The notes: a model not told the origin generated them from the letters alone. DNA of 54,465 bases from Thermoplasmata archaeon (GCA_030037735.1 JASHQC010000066.1:1-54465); one strand, 5' to 3'; counted from the stretch's first letter, positions 1-8,600 are shown. Numbers and translations: made by a program.

Positions 1-2302
1 TATTGTGCGCGATGGAGTACGAGGACGCCGTGAGACTGTAGGATCCGCTCGTGATGAGATTCCCATACAAATCGGTGATCGCGAGGCTCACGTTGAAGCC
101 GAACAGCGTGGACCAGGGCAGCGTTCCAAACCACTGCGCGGCGAAGGGCGTGATCACGGTTGCGAGATACGAAGTAAACACTTGCGCGAAGCCAAACGCT
201 TGCGTCCCGCTGACCGTTCCCTGAACGTCGACGTTCGACATTCCGGACGCGATGGATGGGACGGTTAGAGATCCCGTCCAAGCTTCGAGAACGGCGCTGT
301 ATTTCAGAGTGGTCTTTGCAACAGTTCCCTGCAGGGTGACGAGGGTCGCCTGGTAGACACTGCTAGTCGCGCTGGTACCGCTCTCGGGTACCGCGGTGAT
401 AACAATCTTCTGTCCGGCGGTGAACTCATATTGCGGCTCGTTCGATGAATTGGTAATGGAAACCTGGATGCTGGGAGTGGAGCCCGGCGGCACGGAGGCG
501 AAATAGTTTGCCCATTCCCCAATATTCGGCGCTCCCCAGCCATTCACGAGGTTGTAACCGAACTGGTCCACCCACGGGCTGTTGTAGCCAAACGTGATTG
601 GTGTGAAGGCTTTCGTATAGAGAGAGGACTCGCCGATCTGATAGATGGTCGGATTGAGGAGGCCCAGCGAGCCCGAGATGGCGCTGTCGATGTCGCACAC
701 CAGTCCCGCCAGGAGCGGAGAAGCTTCGCTCGTTCCTCCTATCGGGATCCAGGTGTAACCGGCATGGGAAGAAACCTCCCTGCTATCGACGAGCTCGTAG
801 GTTGCCGGACCCAAGGCAGCCTGCAACGAAAGGTCCGGGGTTAGCCTTCCGCTTGGGTAGGAACTAGGTGTCGGAACCCCGTTCTGGTACCATGGCTTGG
901 GTTCCAACGAGCTGACACCTCCGGTTCCACCGCCGAAATTCGCGAGATTCGGCTCAAATCCCAAATTTGACCACGCCGTCTGGAGCGAGGAAACCACCGT
1001 CGAACCTTTGAACGTCAGATAGGTCTGCGTCCCGCCAACCGAGGTCACGTAGGGCGAGGATTCGGGCCAACTTGCACTTCCCAGCGGCTGAGCACCATAC
1101 CCGACTCCGCCTCGATCCCCAGAGGCAGCGCTAAAGGTGATTCCTTCAAGTGACCCAAGGAGGAAATATTGATCTCCCAGCACCACATTGAAGTCAAAGA
1201 GACCGGGCCCGAACAGCGAAAAGAACCCTTCTGGTTCTAGCCAGCTCTGCGATAGCACGTTCACCGCGTCTTGCTGATCTACGATCGCAATGATCGGAGC
1301 CCAATTCAGCGCATCGTTTCCGACATACACTATGATGCTAGCCCCGGGGGCCATCGCGTGGGAGAATTCGACGTCCAGCTCCTCTTCAATATCGGCAGTT
1401 CCAAGATTCGGGTCATACGGTCCGACCGGTACGATTTCGAAACTAGGCGGCGCCGGTAACCCGGTTAGGCGATCATAGGCTTTCAGCTCCCCAGCCATGT
1501 ACGGAGACCCGCCAAACTCGAAAATGCCAATGGTCTTGCCCTTACCGTTGAATCCGTTCGCGATCAATGCGCTAGCGTTGTAAGCTGAGCGAAGGCTCGA
1601 GGCTTGATATGACTCCTCTGGACCGGTCACCTCGGGAACGGCCGGAGATGCCGATGCGCTTGGAGTTGGAGCGCCGTCGGCAGTTGGAGGTACCGTGACA
1701 TTGGGATGTTGCGCGAGCAGCGAAGTTAGATTTGAAGCGTAGGCGTAAACTCCTGGAAGAGTCGGAGAGCCAGAGGTCGAGTAGTAGCTCTCTTTTCCGT
1801 TGGAGTAGAGCATGGTCGAAAGCCCCAGTGAAGACTTCAATTGTCCCACGGTTGCACTCGCCACAATGATGGAATCTTCCGCCGTGCTGACAATAGAAAA
1901 TCCGCTGGACTTCAGATAGCTGAGCGTCGATTGATATTTGGCGACGGGCAAGAACAGTTGCTGAATGGTTTGTTGGGATAGAAAGTGACGGAATTCGGGG
2001 GACTGGGGATTCGATATCGCCACTTCCATCGATTGCATGAGAGCTAGATTATTCAAGGGTACCGCAACGGTAACAAGAATGGGAAATGAAGAAGGAAGAG
2101 CGCTGACTTGATTGTAGCCCGGTATCGCTACCGCGCTTGAGGTGATGGCCTGCAGCGAAGGCATATCACTCGTCGTCGCCGACGAGGTGACGGACGATAC
2201 CGACCGGTCCAAGTGGAGGGAACCGGAACCGGACGTGATCATCAGCCCTAGAACGACTACCGACGCGGCGACGATGAACGGTCGTCTCTGGAATGCGTTC
2301 AT
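1..2302 (-). CDS. Secreted S53 (sedolisin/kumamolisin-like) serine peptidase precursor, truncated at its 3' end by the window edge
   Basis: Absent from the ORF track because there is no stop inside the window. My translation from the ATG at 2302 stays open to position 1. It shows an N-terminal hydrophobic anchor (FIVAASVVVLGLMI) and a propeptide-like region. Family motifs follow: LRSAYN, AASGDRG, TPDLS and IGGTSEASPLLAG (Ser motif encoded around 728-739). A C-terminal extension of more than 200 aa, rich in Ser/Thr, runs out of the window. Confidence 0.75.
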   Translation of the reverse strand, partial: MNAFQRRPFIVAASVVVLGLMITSGSGSLHLDRSVSSVTSSATTSDMPSLQAITSSAVAIPGYNQVSALPSSFPILVTVAVPLNNLALMQSMEVAISNPQSPEFRHFLSQQTIQQLFLPVAKYQSTLSYLKSSGFSIVSTAEDSIIVASATVGQLKSSLGLSTMLYSNGKESYYSTSGSPTLPGVYAYASNLTSLLAQHPNVTVPPTADGAPTPSASASPAVPEVTGPEESYQASSLRSAYNASALIANGFNGKGKTIGIFEFGGSPYMAGELKAYDRLTGLPAPPSFEIVPVGPYDPNLGTADIEEELDVEFSHAMAPGASIIVYVGNDALNWAPIIAIVDQQDAVNVLSQSWLEPEGFFSLFGPGLFDFNVVLGDQYFLLGSLEGITFSAASGDRGGVGYGAQPLGSASWPESSPYVTSVGGTQTYLTFKGSTVVSSLQTAWSNLGFEPNLANFGGGTGGVSSLEPKPWYQNGVPTPSSYPSGRLTPDLSLQAALGPATYELVDSREVSSHAGYTWIPIGGTSEASPLLAGLVCDIDSAISGSLGLLNPTIYQIGESSLYTKAFTPITFGYNSPWVDQFGYNLVNGWGAPNIGEWANYFASVPPGSTPSIQVSITNSSNEPQYEFTAGQKIVITAVPESGTSATSSVYQATLVTLQGTVAKTTLKYSAVLEAWTGSLTVPSIASGMSNVDVQGTVSGTQAFGFAQVFTSYLATVITPFAAQWFGTLPWSTLFGFNVSLAITDLYGNLITSGSYSLTASSYSIAHN

Positions 2303-2489
2303 AACTGTCGATGTCAGGTTACGACGTTCTATCAAGCCGCCGGACGATTCGTCGTAGTTGTACTTACAATTGGGCACTTTGATAGCGAGAGTTGCTACCT
2401 TCTTCGTCGCGAGACGACGCGACGGCCTTAACCGATCCGTGCTCGCCGGAAGCGGTCCCGCCGGTATCTGCAACTTATTCCACCCCTTG

Positions 2490-2771
2490 TTAACGGGCGG
2501 GAAGATTGCTCGGGGTTCGGCAAGTCTCGGGTCGCCTGTGGTGAATTCCAGATGGCCAGTTCAAAACCGGCATGAGAACCACCACTCCGGTAATGACGGC
2601 CACCGGGTAGTTCCACAGTCCGGCACGGAATCTCGCCTGGTAAAGAACAACGAGCGCCGAGAGGAGCACCGCCGCGAACGGGACGAGGGCGCCGGGCGCG
2701 GCCTGGCAGTCGCGGCCCGCGGCGAGCGGTAGATCGATTCGCCAGGCGCTGCAGCGGACACGAAAAAGCAC
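2490..2771 (-). CDS. Small hypothetical membrane protein
   Basis: 93-aa ORF with two hydrophobic stretches (ALVPFAAVLLSALVVLY, YPVAVITGVVVLMPVL). It sits co-directionally between two minus-strand genes. No family recognised. Confidence 0.3.
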   Translation of the reverse strand: MLFRVRCSAWRIDLPLAAGRDCQAAPGALVPFAAVLLSALVVLYQARFRAGLWNYPVAVITGVVVLMPVLNWPSGIHHRRPETCRTPSNLPAR

Positions 2772-2814
2772 GCGGACCGTAGCAGATTAGACACCTGACA
2801 GGGAAAGCCAGAGA

Positions 2815-3291
2815 TTACTTGTCCTCCCGCGTCGCGCTCGTACTTTCGGCGTGGGGAGACTGGCCCATGGGCCTTGGTTTGGCATCTTCGTCGAAACGGT
2901 CCGGCGGGCGAACCGTCTCCTTCGGGACACTCGTTCGCAGTCCAAAGTAAATGGCCAGCACGCCCCCCACCCAAAGCAGGAGGGCCCCGAGGAGGAAGCC
3001 TCCCCCGGAAAATAGGCTCAGTGAGGCGATGGTAATCGTTCCGATCCCCGCGAACGTGTGCGCCTCGGGCCAGAGATAAACGAAGAGTGTGAAGGCTAGG
3101 GCCAAGCACCCGAGAAAGATGGTGAGGATGGCCACCACCACGGTCGAGACGGAAGTCCCGAGCGCGAACACGGGCCAGCCAGACGGCAAAAAGGAGTTAC
3201 CGGTACCGGTCAGGAATACTCCCTCTAGTACAATCAGGATCGCGCCGACCGAACCCAGAACGGTGGCTCCGAGCGGGTAGCCCTTCTGCAT
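2815..3291 (-). CDS. Hypothetical polytopic membrane protein
   Basis: 158 aa with about four Gly-rich hydrophobic helices and a charged C-terminal tail. No family recognised. Confidence 0.6.
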   Translation of the reverse strand: MQKGYPLGATVLGSVGAILIVLEGVFLTGTGNSFLPSGWPVFALGTSVSTVVVAILTIFLGCLALAFTLFVYLWPEAHTFAGIGTITIASLSLFSGGGFLLGALLLWVGGVLAIYFGLRTSVPKETVRPPDRFDEDAKPRPMGQSPHAESTSATREDK

Positions 3292-3541
3292 CGGCGACTT
3301 GTTTCCCGCGGGGCCACGATCCTTGCCCGGGTCGTTTAACCCGAGCGGGGCGAGAATCCCCCGCTCGAGGAAAGGATCTTCCGCAATTTAAGAGACGGTG
3401 GAGGGTCCTAGTGGCCCGGAGGATGGTTTTCAGCCCATCGACGGAAACCCATGGCTTTAGACCGGTCTTAGACCCGATGGACGAGATTCGACCGACTGGC
3501 CTGGAGATACCCTTAGAACACACGAGGGCCTCGGGCACCCA

Positions 3542-4798
3542 ATGCAAAACCGGGTGAAGCCTTCAAGCCCTTCGATCCTGAAGCTTCAGAATGCGGCGCA
3601 GCGAGGAGACCGTGGAGCGGAGTCGCGCTTCTGGCGACGGGCGACGAAGACGAAAACTCCGCTGGTGGAGCCAATGGCGAGCGACCCGACGCATCGGTGG
3701 GTGACTTATGTTTGGCGTGGAGATCGCCGAATCCACTCGGTAGGTCTCATAAGCCCTCAGACGGCCTTTGGCACGATCGATCAGCTTGAACGGGTGCCGA
3801 GAACTCAAGTGTGGTACCGGACCTTCAAGGTGAGGAACGACGGCCAAGGGACCTACATGCTGCTCCCCAACCCACCTTCGGTAGTGCCCGCAGACCTCTT
3901 CGGATACCTTGCTCTATGGCGCAAAGCAAAACCTGACCCCCTGAACCCCATCTCGTTCAGTTCGGCGGTCAATCCCGATTACCCCAAGGGTGGGCTAGGA
4001 GGCCACCACTGGTCGGTCCTTCAACTACCGAACGCGCCGCACCACTCCGAGCTGGAGGCGGGACCGAGACTGCCGAGAGGAACGATCTCCACGTACCGAA
4101 TTCGAAGCCGGACACTGAAGAACAAGCGGAAGATCTGGGTCTACCGACCTCCGGGGGAGCGTCCGCTCACCCAGGAGACTCCCGTCGTCATCTTCTTTGA
4201 TGGATTCCGGTACATGACCGACGCGGCGGCCCCAACGGTTCTCGACAATCTGATTCACCGGAAGAGGATACCCCCCACCCTGGCCATTTTTGTTGATCAG
4301 CTCGACGGAGCGACCCGGAATCGGGAACTCCCCGGTTACCCCCCGTTTGGACGCTTTCTAGTTCGCGAGCTCATGCCTTGGATTCGTAAAGCTGTGGGAT
4401 TCTCCCCTTCGCCGAACCGTACCGTTCTGGCCGGGATGAGCTATGGGGGCTTGGCGTCGATGTACTGGGCATCCCGACACCCCCGGCTGTTTCAGAACGT
4501 CATTTCGCAATCTGGCTCGATGGGTGTGAGTCCACCAGGAATCGACGAGCCCGTGGCGCTGGCCCGATACTTCATGCACCGACCGAAACTTCCCCTCAAG
4601 ATTTACATGGATGTCGGGCGCTACGAGGCCCGTAGCGAAACCGAGAACGATGTAGGACACTTGGGCGCAAACCGACACGTTCGAGACATCTTACGGGTGC
4701 GCGGGTATCCACTGCTGTACCGCGAGTACTGCGGGGGCCACGATTTCTTCTGCTGCCGACAAGGCCTCGTCGATGCCCTGCGGTGGATTCTTTCGTAG
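3542..4798 (+). CDS. Enterochelin/siderophore-esterase-like alpha/beta hydrolase
   Basis: The N-terminal part resembles the enterochelin-esterase N-domain (FW..PLVE...VTYVWRGD). The C-terminal part is putative-esterase fold, with VVIFFDG and the nucleophile elbow GMSYGG. Confidence 0.75.
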   Translation: MQNRVKPSSPSILKLQNAAQRGDRGAESRFWRRATKTKTPLVEPMASDPTHRWVTYVWRGDRRIHSVGLISPQTAFGTIDQLERVPRTQVWYRTFKVRNDGQGTYMLLPNPPSVVPADLFGYLALWRKAKPDPLNPISFSSAVNPDYPKGGLGGHHWSVLQLPNAPHHSELEAGPRLPRGTISTYRIRSRTLKNKRKIWVYRPPGERPLTQETPVVIFFDGFRYMTDAAAPTVLDNLIHRKRIPPTLAIFVDQLDGATRNRELPGYPPFGRFLVRELMPWIRKAVGFSPSPNRTVLAGMSYGGLASMYWASRHPRLFQNVISQSGSMGVSPPGIDEPVALARYFMHRPKLPLKIYMDVGRYEARSETENDVGHLGANRHVRDILRVRGYPLLYREYCGGHDFFCCRQGLVDALRWILS

Positions 4799-5241
4799 AA
4801 GGAATCGGCCGGCTAGTTGCAGTTTGTTGGTACTTGAATCACACCGGTCCGCGCACGGTTGACGCCCTCCGGCAGTATTGGGGGGACTTGGTTCAGGGCG
4901 GGCCCGTGGTCGAGCCACGCCTTTCGCAAGATTGCTTTGGGTGAGTACAACGGAACTTGCTACTATTTGGGCCGATACGAACGAGCTTTGGCACTGCGCG
5001 GTCAAGAGGCTGGTGCCACGGCGGAGCGAATCTTGCCGCCCCGACGTGGGTACAGCGGGTTAGGCCGCCTCGGAATCGACCTCGAGGAGGCGCCCGTCCG
5101 GGCCCTCCTGAGAGCGGCGAGTCGTCGGGTTGAGGCCACGCCCCGAAAACCGCTTCGGTTGGTTTAAGCCCTCCTCGCCGGATGCTCGGGCCTCCAAGAA
5201 CGGCCCCGGCTCGGCGTGGCCCGGGGCGACCTGGTGAGATC

Positions 5242-5259
5242 TAGCCCCGAGCGGATTCG
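5242..5259. repeat. Partial tRNA-Gln 3'-half copy (att-like direct repeat, distal copy)
   Basis: tagccccgagcggattcg is identical to 8449-8466, in the same orientation. Confidence 0.8.
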
Positions 5260-5553
5260 CTGGTTATTACCGAAGAAACGGGATACAATCTCTACCGATC
5301 GCTCGGGGCGCTCGAAGCTCGGACTCCGAACCCCGGCTTTGAGCCAACCGAACCCACGGGCCGGCGAGGGAGCCCAGCGTGGAAAAACCCTCTGCGTGCG
5401 AAAAGGTCGTTCCGACCGGGGCAGCGGCCGTACGGCGGAAAAGTGCTGTTTGAGGGACGACTCAAGTAATCAAGAGGAGACGCGACTTTCACCGACCTTA
5501 GACGTTAAGCCTGCGAGCACACTCATTGCCTGTCTCCTCCCTTTACGATCTCT

Positions 5554-6180
5554 ATGGACGGGGCTCCAAACCAATCGTGGTTCGACCTCACGCCTGCAGC
5601 TGCCAAGGATGTATTCGTCAGGATCCGTCCGATTGTCACTGTACAGCTCATGCTCACGATTGCGGCGATCGGCTTTGCGGTGCTTTCAATCGTATGGGTC
5701 GACACCAAAAGTATCCCGTTATGGGGACCGGCGATTCCCATCCTAGCTGCGATTGGTTTCGGCGGCTTGCTTTGGCGCGACTATCGTCGGCATCCAACCC
5801 TAAACTTACCAGTAGCCCTGGAGATTGGGGCATCTGGCTTGGTTTTCTCCTCTGCAAGCGGTAACACCTGGGCGTTTGGATGGGGCTCGCTCTCCCGAGA
5901 TTGCTTTCTTTCCCGACCGGCCCCGGCGCGATTCTGGGATCCCGTCGATGGCGGGTGGAGACCCGCGCGTTCCGGAGAGCAGGACAAGCGGTGGGGCCCC
6001 GGTTTTAATGATAAGCCGCCTCCCCCTTGCTTTCAAAAAGACAACTTCAGAGCTGACCTCACGGAAGAAGCCTATTCTGCCGTCGTTGCGGCCGCGTCGC
6101 GGGCTGGACTGGAGTTCGTACCTAAGAGCGATGTCGTGGATGAGCGATGGACAACCGTGATGGCGCGCCGCGTCCGGTGA
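5554..6180 (+). CDS. Hypothetical 2-TM membrane protein, YdbS/bPH-like architecture
   Basis: Two adjacent TM helices (residues ~25-75) are followed by a soluble domain (LEIGASGLVFSSASG..WAFGW ... LTEEAYSAVVAAASRAGL). The architecture matches 6896..7546. Confidence 0.55.
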   Translation: MDGAPNQSWFDLTPAAAKDVFVRIRPIVTVQLMLTIAAIGFAVLSIVWVDTKSIPLWGPAIPILAAIGFGGLLWRDYRRHPTLNLPVALEIGASGLVFSSASGNTWAFGWGSLSRDCFLSRPAPARFWDPVDGGWRPARSGEQDKRWGPGFNDKPPPPCFQKDNFRADLTEEAYSAVVAAASRAGLEFVPKSDVVDERWTTVMARRVR

Positions 6181-6226
6181 CTCGGGGGTAGGGCAAGCTC
6201 AACTGACCGTTTAGTTCTCGTCCGGA

Positions 6227-6706
6227 ATGGTTTATCGGCATCCGCCCCGATTGGGGGCTGTGCGAGCCGTCTACCTCTATCTCGGCCCGGCAATCCTCGT
6301 CCTGCTGGGTATCTACTGGAATCTGATTACGGGCTACGGCGCGTATCTGGTGGTCGGGCCCGGGTCCCTCCTCGTCGCGCTGGGTGCGATCTGCGCGCTG
6401 GCGGTTTGGCTTGCGCGTTGGAGCCGCGCTCGCTATGGGGTCGTGAGGGTTCGCTTCGCTTGCCCGCCTTGGCTCGTGCTTGCAGCCATCGGGGCATTGT
6501 TCATTGCTACGGGCTTCCTCTCGCCCGCTTGTGCCCGAGCGCCGAGCCCCCCGCCCAGTTTGTCGCCCGTTTCGCCCCCGGCTTGCCTTAACCCCGAGCC
6601 GGCACTCGGAATCTTCGTGATGGGCCTCGGACTTTTCGGGGCGTTCCTGGCATTTGTTTTCACCTGGAATCCGAGGCCGCGCACTCCCGTGACCAGGCCC
6701 GCCTGA
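6227..6706 (+). CDS. Hypothetical polytopic membrane protein
   Basis: 159 aa with about four hydrophobic helices and a Pro/Ser-rich loop. No family recognised. Confidence 0.5.
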   Translation: MVYRHPPRLGAVRAVYLYLGPAILVLLGIYWNLITGYGAYLVVGPGSLLVALGAICALAVWLARWSRARYGVVRVRFACPPWLVLAAIGALFIATGFLSPACARAPSPPPSLSPVSPPACLNPEPALGIFVMGLGLFGAFLAFVFTWNPRPRTPVTRPA

Positions 6707-6895
6707 GCTTGCCGTAGTGCACGGCTAACCTGTCGGAAAACGACCCATTCTGCTCGCATGCGCTAAGCGGCAACCACTCCAGTTTCGGGGACGACCCGCG
6801 GGTTAATGGACGCGACCCTCTGGGAGTAGTTCGCGTCTCAACGGCTGGGTACGAGGTAGCTGCACTACTGCCAGCCAGGTACAACCATCGAACTG

Positions 6896-7546
6896 TCAGC
6901 CGCTCAACTGTTTCGTCCTCGGTTCCAATTCGGTGGACAGGGCACTTGGACTCCCACTCCGTACGTAATGGACAACCGGGGCTACTGCGGCAGGGTATAT
7001 CCACCGACTCCCACGAGTGCTCTTGACAATGAGGTCGTGCTGTTGGGCGCGAGCAAAGATTTGCTGGTAGACCTCGCCCGACAGGACTGATTCGGTGCCT
7101 TTGGTTCGCAAAAAGTAAGGCGAATCCACTAAGACTGAGGAACGAGGTGCGGAGCTGAAGTCGTAGAGTTCGAATGATATCCTCGGTTCTTCCCAACCTA
7201 TAGAGATGGGACGACCAGATGGAAAGATGATCTCGAGGCCGGAATCGTTAACTCGAACAATATCGGCCCCATGCCGCGTTCGCGGCAAACCAAGTGCAGC
7301 GGTGGCGACGAAGAGGCTTGCGAATCCAAGGACGACGAGGAGCGTGAGAAATCGGATCGATGGTAGACTCGCTGTCGCGAGCCCGTGGGCATCAAGACCA
7401 ACGAAAATTAGAGCCCATGCCAGGGAAAGCGCAATCGCAACAATCAGCATCCAGCGTTTTCTTCGCCTCGGGCCATCCGATTGCTCACGAAGGGTTCGAA
7501 GATCAAACTCTCCCGCCCTCAAGAGTGTTCTTCCAGAGGTTGTCAT
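6896..7546 (-). CDS. Hypothetical 2-TM membrane protein, YdbS/bPH-like architecture (paralogue-like to 5554..6180)
   Basis: Two TM helices are followed by VRVNDSGLEIIFPSGRPISIGW ... LSGEVYQQIFARAQQHDL. This is the same order of elements as in 5554..6180. Confidence 0.55.
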   Translation of the reverse strand: MTTSGRTLLRAGEFDLRTLREQSDGPRRRKRWMLIVAIALSLAWALIFVGLDAHGLATASLPSIRFLTLLVVLGFASLFVATAALGLPRTRHGADIVRVNDSGLEIIFPSGRPISIGWEEPRISFELYDFSSAPRSSVLVDSPYFLRTKGTESVLSGEVYQQIFARAQQHDLIVKSTRGSRWIYPAAVAPVVHYVRSGSPSALSTELEPRTKQLSG

Positions 7547-7752
7547 TCTTCCGCGATGATAACGTCCGCAGTTGCTGCCGCCACACCAATTCCAGCCAGC
7601 GCCGCAGAGATCGTCGCATAAGTCTTAATTTCCGCCGGGCCGCTCGTCCAGGCTCGCAGAGCTACGAAGATCGAGATTCCTGACGCTGTAGAGGAAAAAG
7701 AATCTGGGATGACCGAGCTCGGCTCTGGCTGAGTTCCCCGCGCGAAACGCAC
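7543..7752 (-). CDS. Small hypothetical protein
   Basis: 69-aa ORF with a GTG start. Its TGA overlaps the ATG of 6896..7546 as ATGA. No family recognised. Confidence 0.25.
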   Translation of the reverse strand: MRFARGTQPEPSSVIPDSFSSTASGISIFVALRAWTSGPAEIKTYATISAALAGIGVAAATADVIIAEE

Positions 7753-7908
7753 CCCTTTCGAACAGTCGCCCGGTCTTCAAGAGAATCGAGCGAGCTGCCG
7801 AGATTGGACTTCAGAGTCAATCCGTTGCTTTCAGCCTGGTCCCACCCGTCGAACTTGTTCCGAAGTTTCGGGGACGTTCGTCGTGAGAATCAGCGATTGA
7901 AGCCATCT

Positions 7909-8193
7909 CTATGACTTTGGAAGAGCCGAGTAGCCGATATCCTTCCGTAACCGAAAACGTGTGGAACGAATGAGCTCTCCATCGAAAACGTAGGTAGCAC
8001 GGTAGACTCCCACTCGTGCCCGAAAGACCTCCTTTCCCCCACTTCGACCTATAGACTTGACTTCACACCACGGCGGAAGTCGGTGAGGATTGAGCTCAAG
8101 GAACGCCATCAGCTCGTCAAACTGGTTCGCGATATCGGTCGGGACCGCGAGGTATTGAATTCGGGCCTCCGGGGTCATCTCGACCCGAGACAC
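7909..8193 (-). CDS. RelE/ParE-superfamily toxin (type II TA)
   Basis: 94 aa. It shows a RelE-like pattern (FRARVGVYRATYVFDGELI..RFRLRKDIGY) and lies 3 nt downstream of a small antitoxin-like gene. Confidence 0.6.
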   Translation of the reverse strand: MSRVEMTPEARIQYLAVPTDIANQFDELMAFLELNPHRLPPWCEVKSIGRSGGKEVFRARVGVYRATYVFDGELIRSTRFRLRKDIGYSALPKS

Positions 8194-8196
8194 GCT

Positions 8197-8415
8197 CTAG
8201 TACCTCCGCTTCCGCTCCTCCATCACCTGCCGCCAGGGGATTCCCGGTCCCTCTTCCGCCTGGCGGATCATCTCTTTCACGAATGCTTCTGGCACGTGTT
8301 CCTCGATGAAGTCGACCAGGACGTCGTCCCAGGTCATGTCCCCCCTCTTGAAGGGCTGAAGCATCTTCAGTGTCGAGGAGTGAATGGATATCGAGGTCAT
8401 ACGGTCCGACGCCAT
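8197..8415 (-). CDS. Putative antitoxin of the RelE-like toxin
   Basis: 72 aa from the ATG at 8415 (the track start is a TTG at 8424). It is small, acidic and sits upstream of the toxin. The start lies about 30 nt downstream of an AT-rich TATA element. Confidence 0.5.
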   Translation of the reverse strand: MASDRMTSISIHSSTLKMLQPFKRGDMTWDDVLVDFIEEHVPEAFVKEMIRQAEEGPGIPWRQVMEERKRRY

Positions 8416-8440
8416 CACGGACAAGAAGGCATCAACATTA

Positions 8441-8451
8441 TTTTAATTATA
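8441..8451 (-). promoter_or_regulatory. Putative TATA box for the TA operon, in the tRNA-Gln 3' trailer
   Basis: The minus strand reads TATAATTAAAA immediately after the tRNA discriminator base. Its centre is about 27-31 nt upstream of the GTG at 8418 and ATG at 8415. Confidence 0.45.
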
Positions 8452-8466
8452 GCCCCGAGCGGATTC
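8449..8466. repeat. att-like direct repeat, proximal copy (3' half of tRNA-Gln)
   Basis: Identical to 5242-5259. On the tRNA sense strand it covers CGAAUCCGCUCGGGGCUA: part of the T-loop, the T-stem 3' arm, the acceptor 3' arm and the discriminator. Confidence 0.8.
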
Positions 8467-8522
8467 GAACCGCTGTCGCCGGCTCCAAAGGCCGGCATGC
8501 TTGGCCACTACACCACGGGGCT
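8450..8522 (-). tRNA. tRNA-Gln (anticodon UUG)
   Basis: Folded by hand: AGCCCCG/CGGGGCU 7-bp acceptor, CCGGC/GCCGG anticodon stem with loop CUUUGGA, AGCGG/CCGCU T-stem with loop UUCGAAU, discriminator A. There is no encoded CCA and no intron. Confidence 0.9.
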
Positions 8523-8545
8523 GCAGTCGAACGCACCGTGGCACG

Positions 8546-8555
8546 ATACTAAAAG
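8546..8555 (-). promoter_or_regulatory. Putative TATA box for tRNA-Gln
   Basis: The minus strand reads CTTTTAGTAT, centred about 29 nt upstream of the tRNA 5' end. Confidence 0.4.
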
Positions 8556-8600
8556 GTCCCGGTCTTGAACGCCCCCGGCGGACAGTCCCCCGACGAATGC

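Larger units (their letters stand above)
5242..8466. mobile_element. Putative integrated (decayed or trans-mobilised) genomic islet at tRNA-Gln
   Basis: Bounded by the 18-nt direct repeat, one copy of which is the 3' end of the intact tRNA. Interior stretches sampled by eye are about 52-55% GC, against about 65% in the core. No integrase was recognised. Confidence 0.45.

Noticed and set aside
4799-5553. ORFs 4859..5167, 4878..5063 and 4691..5005 as genes or integrase remnants in the 750-nt gap beside the distal att copy.
   Set aside because: The translations show no recombinase or other motifs, and the ORFs overlap one another. The region is better described as having no convincing CDS pending a six-frame profile search.
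5216-5746. The ORFs across both att copies (5216..5746 and 8370..8552) share the peptide SPERIR. This raised the idea of a split SSV-type integrase.
   Set aside because: The shared peptide is just the translation of the 18-nt repeat. Neither ORF shows any recombinase motif, and both have Arg/Ser-rich, artefact-like composition.
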